From contig JACKGQ010000002.1 of assembly GCA_020631905.1 (NCBI GenBank), positions 789-64,788 of the forward strand: a DNA stretch of 64,000 nt, read 5' to 3'. This document shows positions 38,555-45,942 of this stretch, piece by piece; positions within the stretch are counted from its first letter, which is position 1, and the number at the start of each line of letters is the position of its first letter. Below the pieces are notes generated by a model, which was not told the origin of the DNA, searched no databases, and saw only the letters and a list, made by a program, of their open reading frames with translations. Made by a program: the position numbers and the translations under genes. This stretch comes from Candidatus Nomurabacteria bacterium (GTDB lineage Bacteria; Patescibacteriota; Saccharimonadia; Saccharimonadales; VXPC01).

Positions 38555-39115
38555 CTAAAACTTGACTTCTACAGGTGCTTCAACTGCTGCGCGGTCTTCG
38601 ACTTCGAAGTATTCGCGGTTGCCCTTAAAGCCAAACATGCCCGCCAAAATATTGGTTGGGAACGACTGGGTCTTATCGTTGTATCCACGAGCAGAGCCGT
38701 TGTAGAGGCGGCGAGATGCTTGAATTTTGTCTTCTGTGTCGACAAGTTCGTTTTGTAATTGAATAAAGTTCTGGTTGGCTTTTAGGTCTGGGTAGCTTTC
38801 GGACAATGCAAACAAGTTCTTTAGTGTGCCTTCGAGCATATTCTCGGCTTTGGCTTGATCGGCAGTACCATGAGCCCCCATGGCTTGGTTGCGGGCGCTA
38901 ACGACAGCATCGAGAGTTTCTTTTTCGTGCTTTGCATAACCCTTGACTGTTTCGATTAGGTTAGGGATTAGATCGTATCGACGCTTTAGCTGAACGGTGA
39001 TATCGCTCCAAGCTTCGTCGACACGGTTGCGAGCCCGTACAAGCCCGTTATACATCGTACCTAGAGCCAGTCCAAGCACAACAACTACAATCAATACAAC
39101 TACTATTATTGGCAT
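38555..39115 (-). CDS. lemA: LemA family protein
   Basis: N-terminal TM helix followed by YNGLVRARNRVDEAWSDITVQLKRRYDLIPNL, the LemA signature. Confidence 0.9.
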   Translation of the reverse strand: MPIIVVVLIVVVVLGLALGTMYNGLVRARNRVDEAWSDITVQLKRRYDLIPNLIETVKGYAKHEKETLDAVVSARNQAMGAHGTADQAKAENMLEGTLKNLFALSESYPDLKANQNFIQLQNELVDTEDKIQASRRLYNGSARGYNDKTQSFPTNILAGMFGFKGNREYFEVEDRAAVEAPVEVKF

Positions 39116-39186
39116 TTCTTTCCTCCAAAAATTTACATCAAATATTATACCTTATTTCTAAGCATGTGCACTAGCTAAATCAAAGA

Positions 39187-40203
39187 TTATTTGGCTTGCT
39201 TAAAGTGTCGATCGTTAAAGTTGGCCAGAAATATACCCGAAGCTATCACCCCGATACCACCAATTGCCAGAGCGGCTGCTAGGCCGGCGCCATTGTCGCC
39301 AAAATACTGAATCGCAATCAGCATAATGTAGGCAAACAGGTAAAAACCACCTGTGAACAAAAATGTTCTTAAGCGCTTAGCAGCACTGATGGCGAACGCT
39401 CCATAGAGCATGAAGGGATACAGCAACTGCCAGAGTACCTTTAGGTTTCCACCACTGGCTAGGCCAAAAATGGCCGCAAAAACCACAAAGGCCGAAACCG
39501 ACCAGACCGGATACTTTAAATGTGCTCGTAAGTTATCTTTGGCGACAGCCGTAGCCAAACCTGCAAATACTAGGGCACCTGCCACAAACGACAGAGCACC
39601 ATATTCTGGCGTATCGCTAACCACATCTTGTAGAACTGCAAACAGAAAGGCAGTTATGCTTGCTGCTGTTGCCAACATTGCAAACAAAATTGATAGATCT
39701 TTACGCACAATAGCATCGAGCAACCAATGCGCAATCGCAATCACACATAAGCCATAAACAATATGCCAAGGGCCTACCGTATTGCCAACTTTTTGGGCTA
39801 TTTCGTTGATCGTTACAAACACACCCGTACTAACACCCAGGCTACCTGTAAGCATTACTGCATCGGCAACTTCTTTGTAGCGGGGGCCATAGGTCTGGTT
39901 TTTGTTTAATAGCACCGAGAACGCCCAGACCATTAAACCTATCACTAAGGTCATAACGATTCGGCCAAAACTACCTAAGGTATCCCAGGATTGCACCAAC
40001 AAAGCCACCTGCGCTCCAAACATTATCAGACCGCCAATGTAATAAAGTACGCTTGTTGCACTAAAATGAATGTGTTTACCAGGCTGTAGCTCAACTTGAG
40101 TTTGCTTGTCGGTTTTCTTGAGTAACGCTTTAAGTTCGTCGGCGGTTATCTCGCCGGCTTTCAGACTTGTTTGTATTTGGTCTAGTAATTGCTTGTTACT
40201 CAT
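39187..40203 (-). CDS. multi-pass membrane protein, unassigned
   Basis: 338-aa ORF, about 9 hydrophobic segments after a ~45-aa soluble N-terminus. Confidence 0.6.
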   Translation of the reverse strand: MSNKQLLDQIQTSLKAGEITADELKALLKKTDKQTQVELQPGKHIHFSATSVLYYIGGLIMFGAQVALLVQSWDTLGSFGRIVMTLVIGLMVWAFSVLLNKNQTYGPRYKEVADAVMLTGSLGVSTGVFVTINEIAQKVGNTVGPWHIVYGLCVIAIAHWLLDAIVRKDLSILFAMLATAASITAFLFAVLQDVVSDTPEYGALSFVAGALVFAGLATAVAKDNLRAHLKYPVWSVSAFVVFAAIFGLASGGNLKVLWQLLYPFMLYGAFAISAAKRLRTFLFTGGFYLFAYIMLIAIQYFGDNGAGLAAALAIGGIGVIASGIFLANFNDRHFKQAK

Positions 40204-40744
40204 TGATGACCCATCCTAAAAATTGTTCTTTGTAAAAATTATCTACATCGATTTTTTTACTTAATAAACCCTTCTTGTAGATCCCATGACCTTCGTTATA
40301 GGAGTATACAAATGGCCCACTGGTGTTGCTAGAATTTTCTAGCTTATAGCCGTCTGGAGAAGTAACAGATGTATCTAAGCTGTAGGTTTGCGCCTCTTCC
40401 AAGCTGATTTGTTTAGAGCTACTGTCTAGTGGATCGTAAAGATAAAGTTGTGAATTGTCACTCAGATAATCGTAATTCGGTTTGTATGTGTCAAGTGGGT
40501 CAACTACCTGAACAGTTCCACTTGAATCAACTATATAACTGTTGTTCGAATAGCACCTACCATATAAACAGCTTTGATATATGAACCCGTATTGCGGATT
40601 AGAGAACATGCTAGGCACATATAGCACCGCAAACATAGTAATAGCTATAAGCGCCGGGATGCTAAAAAAGAATACTAATTGTTTATTTTTTACTAAAAAT
40701 CTCTTACACCTAAGTACATATTTACCCATACGAATATTATACAC
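40196..40744 (-). CDS. membrane-anchored hypothetical protein
   Basis: 182-aa ORF (alternative start at 40726) with one TM helix (LVFFFSIPALIAITMFAVLYV). Confidence 0.55.
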   Translation of the reverse strand: MYNIRMGKYVLRCKRFLVKNKQLVFFFSIPALIAITMFAVLYVPSMFSNPQYGFIYQSCLYGRCYSNNSYIVDSSGTVQVVDPLDTYKPNYDYLSDNSQLYLYDPLDSSSKQISLEEAQTYSLDTSVTSPDGYKLENSSNTSGPFVYSYNEGHGIYKKGLLSKKIDVDNFYKEQFLGWVINE

Positions 40745-40786
40745 CTGCGGCGCAAGCCTAAACTACTGATTTGTCTCTATTATCGG

Positions 40787-40966
40787 CTAGTTTTCTTGCC
40801 AGTCTTCGACAACTAGTTTTTGGCCAACTCTTTTAATGACTAGTTTCTGGCCTTGTTGCCAATGAAGCTCACGGACAAGTGATAGTGGTAGGGTTACCAA
40901 ATAAGTGCCGTTGCTGTTTTTGATTAGTTTGCGCTCGGCTTCTTTGCCAGATTGGACTGTTCCCAT
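40787..40966 (-). CDS. AbrB/MazE/SpoVT-type DNA-binding protein (59 aa; absent from ORF track)
   Basis: AAGGGGA-8 nt-ATG. MGTVQSGKEAERKLIKNSNGTYLVTLPLSLVRELHWQQGQKLVIKRVGQKLVVEDWQEN*. The YLVTLPLSLVRELHWQQGQKLVI block fits the SpoVT-AbrB consensus (s-x-x-vtiPkeireelglkeGdkl). Confidence 0.62.
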   Translation of the reverse strand: MGTVQSGKEAERKLIKNSNGTYLVTLPLSLVRELHWQQGQKLVIKRVGQKLVVEDWQEN

Positions 40967-40983
40967 TGTCTTCTTCCCCTTAG

Positions 40984-41016
40984 AAATTTAATTTAAATTA
41001 AATTTAAATTAAATTT
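40984..41016. repeat. 33-bp all-A/T repeat, 3 x 11-bp units (copy 3 of 3)
   Basis: AAATTTAATTT AAATTAAATTT AAATTAAATTT. It lies 17 nt upstream of the AbrB-like start codon. Read on the minus strand, it is identical to copy 1 read on the plus strand. Confidence 0.9.
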
Positions 41017-41057
41017 TAACGCGCATCTTCTGGCCGTGCAGTGATATATCCGACATT

Positions 41058-41252
41058 CTAGATATCAGAACCGCTCGATAATTTCCTGGCAACTAGTACG
41101 CCAACTATGCCGCCAATGGTTGAGCCCAAAATTCCCCAGCCGGACATCCAGGAAGTATCGCCGAGCAAAGTTGGTATATAGCCGCCAATCCCGGCAAAAA
41201 TCGACATACAAATATAAAGTACCGTTTTATTCATAATCATATTGTACATCAA
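41058..41252 (-). CDS. small membrane protein (start uncertain)
   Basis: Two Gly-rich hydrophobic segments (ICMSIFAGIGGYIPTLLG, GILGSTIGGIVGVLVA). Confidence 0.4.
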   Translation of the reverse strand: MMYNMIMNKTVLYICMSIFAGIGGYIPTLLGDTSWMSGWGILGSTIGGIVGVLVARKLSSGSDI

Positions 41253-41254
41253 GC

Positions 41255-41291
41255 AAAAAGACAGTCGCCTGATAGAGACTGTCTTTTTTTT
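41255..41291. terminator. bidirectional rho-independent terminator
   Basis: AAAAAGACAGTC-n10-GACTGTCTTTTTTTT. A/T runs on both sides. Confidence 0.7.
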
Positions 41292-41303
41292 GGAGATATG
41301 GCT

Positions 41304-41480
41304 TTATATATTGCCAATTATCCAGATAGCACCGGCTATTGCTAAAAAGAATAGCCCTAGGCCTACTGGTGAACCCCAACTAAACCAGCTACCCCAGGCT
41401 CGCCAATGCTTTAAGCTGTTTTCATGACTCCAGTTATATTCCTTCTCGTAGTCATGGTTGCTCTTAGTTTTGTTCTGCAT
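41304..41480 (-). CDS. small Trp-rich membrane protein (58 aa; absent from ORF track)
   Basis: MQNKTKSNHDYEKEYNWSHENSLKHWRAWGSWFSWGSPVGLGLFFLAIAGAIWIIGNI*. A terminator follows directly downstream. It competes with the plus-strand ORF 41242..41427, which has no such support. Confidence 0.4.
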   Translation of the reverse strand: MQNKTKSNHDYEKEYNWSHENSLKHWRAWGSWFSWGSPVGLGLFFLAIAGAIWIIGNI

Positions 41481-41787
41481 GTATTTAACCCTTCGTTTAG
41501 TTACTAGATCGTTTATCGACCAAAAACGCTAGCCTTCTGGGTGATATATTCGGCTTCACTAGTTTGTTCGGTGGCCCATTAGGTAATTCCGCCGACTAGC
41601 TTGATGTTTCGCCTATCGCTTTCAATAATATTCTAACCCGTCTACTAAGGCAATCCGCCTCAATTTAACAGTTGAAAAGAAACCTCTAAACGTCTATAAT
41701 CCCCGACGCTAAGTACTTGTTACATACCCCAATTTTTCATACCAAGAACTTGTTCTGTTCGGAAAATTGACAGAAGTAGCAATGACG

Positions 41788-41961
41788 CGCGGGTGTAGCT
41801 CAGTTGTTTAGAGTGAAGCCTGCCAGTGGCAGGATGCAAGGTAATCTTCTTCATCAAACTTGTTTGATAGAACGAAGTTGCGGGGTCGCGCTGGCGTGAC
41901 CTTACTTGCCAGGCCAAGGAAGATGGCAAAATAAGCTTCCATGTATATTTCAATTATTTAC
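41788..41961 (+). other. tRNA-Gly 5' fragment (26-nt perfect repeat) plus ~150-nt structured spacer
   Basis: CGCGGGTGTAGCTCAGTTGTTTAGAG at 41788-41813 is identical to 41961-41986. A degenerate anticodon-arm-like piece CTTACTTGCCAGGCCAAGGAAG follows later. There is no T-arm and no 3' acceptor strand. Confidence 0.7.
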
Positions 41962-42038
41962 GCGGGTGTAGCTCAGTTGTTTAGAGCGCTTCCTTGCCAA
42001 GGAAGAGGTCGAGAGTTAGAGTCTCTTCACCCGCACCA
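41962..42038 (+). tRNA. tRNA-Gly (anticodon GCC), CCA encoded
   Basis: Acceptor GCGGGTG/CACCCGC, anticodon loop TTGCCAA, D-loop AGTTGTTTA, T-arm GAGAG-TTAGAGT-CTCTT. Confidence 0.88.
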
Positions 42039-42067
42039 TTGACAAATAAACATAATAGCTATATAAT
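42039..42067 (+). promoter_or_regulatory. consensus sigma70 promoter immediately after tRNA-Gly
   Basis: TTGACA-17 nt-TATAAT, both hexamers perfect. An ATG lies 8 nt after the -10 hexamer. Confidence 0.6.
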
Positions 42068-42074
42068 AATAAAC

Positions 42075-42149
42075 ATGCTACATTTAGCAATTACAATTCA
42101 AGTTCGCCGCAACTCACGTATGTACGGGAGTTGTCCTTGTAATTGCTAA
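42075..42149 (+). CDS. candidate leaderless 24-codon mini-ORF / leader peptide
   Basis: ATG at the predicted transcription start. MLHLAITIQVRRNSRMYGSCPCNC*. The ORF is embedded in a 15-bp-arm hairpin (42082-42096 with 42137-42151). Confidence 0.25.
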   Translation: MLHLAITIQVRRNSRMYGSCPCNC

Positions 42150-42169
42150 ATATTATTAGGCTCCAAGAT

Positions 42170-42197
42170 AGCTCCCGAAAAGGGAGCTTTTTAATTT
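42170..42197 (+). terminator. rho-independent terminator/attenuator upstream of 42213 operon
   Basis: AGCTCCC-gaaaa-GGGAGCT followed by TTTTAATTTT, ending 16 nt before the GTG start of the next gene. Confidence 0.7.
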
Positions 42198-42212
42198 TAC
42201 TGGAGTTTACAG

Positions 42213-42791
42213 GTGAAAACGATAATTGAGGCTGGTCACTATTACAGTGTGAACGGCCCATCACAGGCAAGCCTTAAAGGCTGGCAAATTGGTAAAGAGC
42301 TTGCGGCTACTCTTCCTAATTCAGGTTTGGTTCTGTTCGTTGATGATTACCACAATGAACAAGACTTTCATGAGCCAGGTGACACATTTTTAAGCACTGA
42401 GGAAGCAGAGTTAGCGGCAGAAGCTATGAAACAGGAAGCTGCCCACGTTTTTAGTGAGGCAGAGATTGCTAAGAGTGCACCGACAAAAGTAAGCGAGCTA
42501 CTTGATGACGGTGCTGTGAAATTGAAAAAGGGTGTGGTTTCAGTTTCGGGCGTAAGGTTAGGTACAATGTTTGACCATAAAACAGAGACTTTTAAGCCAA
42601 CCTGCGTCTTCCTTGACTATATACTGCTTGGTCAAAAAGCTGAACTTGCTCCTGACCAAGTGACGATACTGCCTGATACCTATCAAAAGCAGCAAGGTAA
42701 CCTTGCAGTTGTTCTAGGTAAGCTGGTAATTCCGACCCTTGCAAGTTACGAAGCTCAATACTACAGCCTTAACGGCGAGGTGCAGATATGA
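42213..42791 (+). CDS. hypothetical protein
   Basis: 192-aa ORF, GTG start after GGAG, 4-nt overlap with the racemase gene. No motif recognised. Confidence 0.6.
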   Translation: MKTIIEAGHYYSVNGPSQASLKGWQIGKELAATLPNSGLVLFVDDYHNEQDFHEPGDTFLSTEEAELAAEAMKQEAAHVFSEAEIAKSAPTKVSELLDDGAVKLKKGVVSVSGVRLGTMFDHKTETFKPTCVFLDYILLGQKAELAPDQVTILPDTYQKQQGNLAVVLGKLVIPTLASYEAQYYSLNGEVQI

Positions 42792-43495
42792 AAAAGCACA
42801 ATCCAAAGATAGGGATAGTATCTGGCATTGGACCATTAGCTGGTTCAGATGTGTTTGCAAAGCTGCTTAAATATGCAGCTGATACCTATGATGCTGTTGA
42901 GGATAGTGAGTATCCAGATGTGGTACTGGTTAATCACGGCATAGAAGGAGTTGATAATATCGGCACTCTCAATCCTCAGTTTGAAGCTGACATTGTTGCA
43001 ATGGTCAAACAGCTAGAACAAAACGGGGCTAACGTAATAGGAATGGCTTGTAATACGGCTCATATTTACTTGAGCAAGATAAAAACCAATTCAAGCACAA
43101 CTTTGGTTAATTTAATTGACGAAGTAGCTAAAGAAGCATCAAAGGCTAACACAACCTACCTACTGCTAACATCAAGCACATCCAAGAAACAAAGCCTCTA
43201 CCAAAGCTATTTGAAAAAATATAAGGTTGCGTTTCAAGTAACAAACTCTGAGCAGCAAAAATTGCTGGATGAAGCTATTGGCCTTGTGATGGCCTATAAA
43301 TTAAAAGAAGCGGGTAGATTGCTAGCTAAAGTGTTGAAGTCGGCAAAAAATACAGGTTTTGACGCCGTCATTGCAGGCTGCACAGAACTACCGATTGCCA
43401 TAGACAACACAAAAAACACTGATGGTCTTACAATAGTAAGTTCTAACGAGGTATTGGCAAAAACCCTAGCAGCTCATTACTATCATCAACACTAA
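42788..43495 (+). CDS. aspartate/glutamate racemase family protein
   Basis: Two catalytic-Cys motifs, GMACNTAH and IAGCTELP, plus the N-terminal IGIVSGIGPLAG. Confidence 0.85.
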   Translation: MKKHNPKIGIVSGIGPLAGSDVFAKLLKYAADTYDAVEDSEYPDVVLVNHGIEGVDNIGTLNPQFEADIVAMVKQLEQNGANVIGMACNTAHIYLSKIKTNSSTTLVNLIDEVAKEASKANTTYLLLTSSTSKKQSLYQSYLKKYKVAFQVTNSEQQKLLDEAIGLVMAYKLKEAGRLLAKVLKSAKNTGFDAVIAGCTELPIAIDNTKNTDGLTIVSSNEVLAKTLAAHYYHQH

Positions 43496-43663
43496 CGGAT
43501 TTGTTATAACTCAGGCGGCCTGCCCAAAGCTCACTTTGAAGCACTCAACAGGTCGCCTGATAATCCAAATATCTCAACCAAGTGCTTTAGTCTATAATCA
43601 TTGTGTGCATTGATAGCAGATGTTTGAAATGCGTCAACTATCTTGCACCAAATGGGAATTATC

Positions 43664-43687
43664 GGACGCGTTGGCGTCCTTTTTTTC
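43664..43687 (+). terminator. rho-independent terminator
   Basis: GGACGC-gttg-GCGTCC followed by TTTTTTTC. Confidence 0.65.
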
Positions 43688-43933
43688 TTGGGCTTAGCAC
43701 AATGGGTATTATTTTCTATTGGTAAATCGAGACAAAACACTCGCAATGAGTTGCTGGCAGATGTAGTGTCGCTCATTTTCATAGTTGTCGGCTTCCAGAT
43801 AATGAAATAATTCCACTTTTTGTATCTAGAATTAGTGGTTTTGGTAAAGCCGATATTAAGACTTAAGCCGGAAGCATAACTTCTAAATACTTGGTGGTTA
43901 ATAATAAATAGCCCTACTCTAAAAGTAAGGCAT

Positions 43934-43969
43934 GCTGGGGGAACGCGTCCGAAGACGCGAACCCCCAGC
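43934..43969 (-). terminator. GC-rich hairpin with UUCG-type loop after the 530-aa GC-rich gene
   Basis: Minus strand reads GCTGGGGGTTCGCGTC-TTCG-GACGCGTTCCCCCAGC (8 + 6 bp with a 2x2 internal loop). Confidence 0.55.
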
Positions 43970-43995
43970 TAGGAGCCTAAAGTTTCGCCAACTGG

Positions 43996-45588
43996 TTACT
44001 TCTTCTTCACATCCCCCGGACGCACCTTGGCAATCGGCTTGCAGACCAAGTCTTTGGCCTTGCTGGCAACGAAGCGGACACGCCTGGTTTGAGGCAACGA
44101 ACGCCGGTTGATACCAAGGGGTTCGTCTGGACCGCCAACACGGCAGGAGATCTCGGCAAGGCGCCTCTCCATCCTGGCATTGGAGTCAAAGAGCCGTTCG
44201 AGTAGCTGGTTGAGCGGCCTGCCAAGCAATACGGAAAGCAGCTTGAAGACGATGTACAGCAAGAGGTAGATCAGTCCTGCCGCAATCACCAACGCAACTG
44301 GGCTCAACAACAACAGCCAGACGAGGGACGAACCGACGAACCGACTGGTGATGAAAGTGCCTAGCAGAACAATCGAAAAGACCAGCGGATTGAACACCCA
44401 CAAGATTGGATTGGTAGCACCCTGCAACCAGCCACTCTCATCGACCTTCGTAAACCACCGGCTGGTACGGCGTCGCTTCTTTCTGCCCTCTTTGATGAAG
44501 TCTTCGCGCCAGGCGGGCTTCAGCGAAGCGAGCACGCCGTAGTCGATATCCCTGATGCCAACGATTGCCAACACGACCACCGTATGCAGATTCCAGAGCC
44601 ACGCAAGTAGCCCCAGCAAGAACAAGCCCGGCTTCTTGAGGACGTTCTTGGTCAAGACCTCCAACGCCCGGTCGCGACGATCGCACTGGTTCATGGCCGG
44701 CCGGCCGGCGCGTTCGTGCTTGCTTGCAAGCCACTCGACAAGTCGACTGGCTTTGGCCGGGGCGAACAGCTTGCTGTCGATCTCGACCACTTCCCGCCCA
44801 GTGTTCCGTGAGCGATAGAAACCAGCAATCCGCGACACAAACTGAATCGTGTAGTCGCGGTCTGGCGAACGCCGCTCTTGCTCGAGCTCCGATTTCAGCA
44901 GATTTAGTTGCTCTCGCAACCCAGCCAGCTGGCTTTCGAGTTCGGAAATCTTTGCTAGATCGGCTTGCGGCCGATGAGCTTCACGAAACTCCGGATCAGT
45001 ATTGTGCTGCTCGAGACGGAACTCAGCTTCTTCGAGGGCATCTTCCAAGCGAAGTCTTTCGACTTCGTCTGGATCCATACCATCGGTGACCTTCTGGAGC
45101 GGACGCATTGCGTCCAACTCATGCCTCAGATCCCACTTATGCGAGTCAATTGCACGCTCCAACTTGTCGATCTGAGCCATCAAGCCAGCCGGATCGGCGT
45201 AAACCCTCTCGAGAACCGAGAGCAAGAATCTGCCATCGATCTCAGACCGCTTAGTCAAATGGTGAATGTGCTTGCGCCATCCCAACTTTGAGTTTTCCGG
45301 CCAGACAACAACCATCATGACGGTGGTCTCGCCGGGGTATTCGAACGAATGGTGGGCCAGGCCGGCCTCTAGAGGCACAACCACACGCTGGACTTCGACG
45401 TCGTCGACCAAGAAGCACATCAGTAGGTGCGGCCTCTTTCTCCGTATTTCTTCGCTATCGAGCTCTGCCTCCAGCGGTGCACGAGTACACCACCGTAGCA
45501 CAGCATTCGGATCATCGATCACTTGCTCCCCCGAAGGGAAGATGATCGCCCGATCCGTAATCACGGGCTTAGTATCTGTGACTGTCAT
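43996..45588 (-). CDS. GC-rich hypothetical protein: soluble N-terminal half, coiled coil, C-terminal multi-TM region
   Basis: AAGGAG-5 nt-ATG at 45588 (the ORF-track start at 45615 has no RBS). Coiled-coil stretch ELESQLAGLREQLNLLKSELEQERR. TM segments include GLFLLGLLAWLWNLHTVVVLAIVGI and LLLLSPVALVIAAGLIYLLLYIVF. Confidence 0.65.
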   Translation of the reverse strand: MTVTDTKPVITDRAIIFPSGEQVIDDPNAVLRWCTRAPLEAELDSEEIRRKRPHLLMCFLVDDVEVQRVVVPLEAGLAHHSFEYPGETTVMMVVVWPENSKLGWRKHIHHLTKRSEIDGRFLLSVLERVYADPAGLMAQIDKLERAIDSHKWDLRHELDAMRPLQKVTDGMDPDEVERLRLEDALEEAEFRLEQHNTDPEFREAHRPQADLAKISELESQLAGLREQLNLLKSELEQERRSPDRDYTIQFVSRIAGFYRSRNTGREVVEIDSKLFAPAKASRLVEWLASKHERAGRPAMNQCDRRDRALEVLTKNVLKKPGLFLLGLLAWLWNLHTVVVLAIVGIRDIDYGVLASLKPAWREDFIKEGRKKRRRTSRWFTKVDESGWLQGATNPILWVFNPLVFSIVLLGTFITSRFVGSSLVWLLLLSPVALVIAAGLIYLLLYIVFKLLSVLLGRPLNQLLERLFDSNARMERRLAEISCRVGGPDEPLGINRRSLPQTRRVRFVASKAKDLVCKPIAKVRPGDVKKK

Positions 45589-45942
45589 GCCACTCCTTTG
45601 GATGTGATGAACCATCGCCCATTACTAGGGACGGTTATTTGGTAAGGTTCCGAAACTACTCTACAATATTGTTTGCGATATTACAATAATTCAGTCAAGA
45701 TTTGAGTACTATATATACTAGATGTCGCTTTGTATGATGAGCTCATTTACTTGTAGTGTTTAATGTGGTGTAGTAAGCTTCTTCCTTTTGTTGGGGCGAT
45801 TTGGGCATAACCGTGCACAGTTCGCCTTAACAAACCAAACGGAAACGGAAGGTACTTTGACATGACAGGAATGCAGACAACAAGTCCGCACTGCTATCGA
45901 GAAAATATATCGTCATTATTTTTTGCAATTAGTGAATGCTAT

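Noticed and set aside
41720-41953. 77-aa minus-strand ORF
   Set aside because: It runs through the tRNA-Gly 5' fragment and its structured spacer, with no RBS. This is RNA-level sequence, not coding sequence.
43531-43782. 83-aa minus-strand ORF after the racemase gene
   Set aside because: It crosses a good plus-strand terminator (43664-43687), has no RBS and no motif. It is probably non-coding. A decayed gene remnant cannot be excluded.
44007-45607. Seven to eight overlapping ORFs on both strands within 44.0-45.6 kb
   Set aside because: These are shadow ORFs of the GC-rich 530-aa gene. Only the long minus-strand frame has an RBS and protein-like features (coiled coil, TM helices).
43860-45700. 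Terminal inverted or direct repeats around the 43.9-45.6 kb islet
   Set aside because: I found only short scattered matches (CTACTCTA, GTAAGG), in inconsistent order. Nothing is comparable to the repeats around cassettes 1 and 2.
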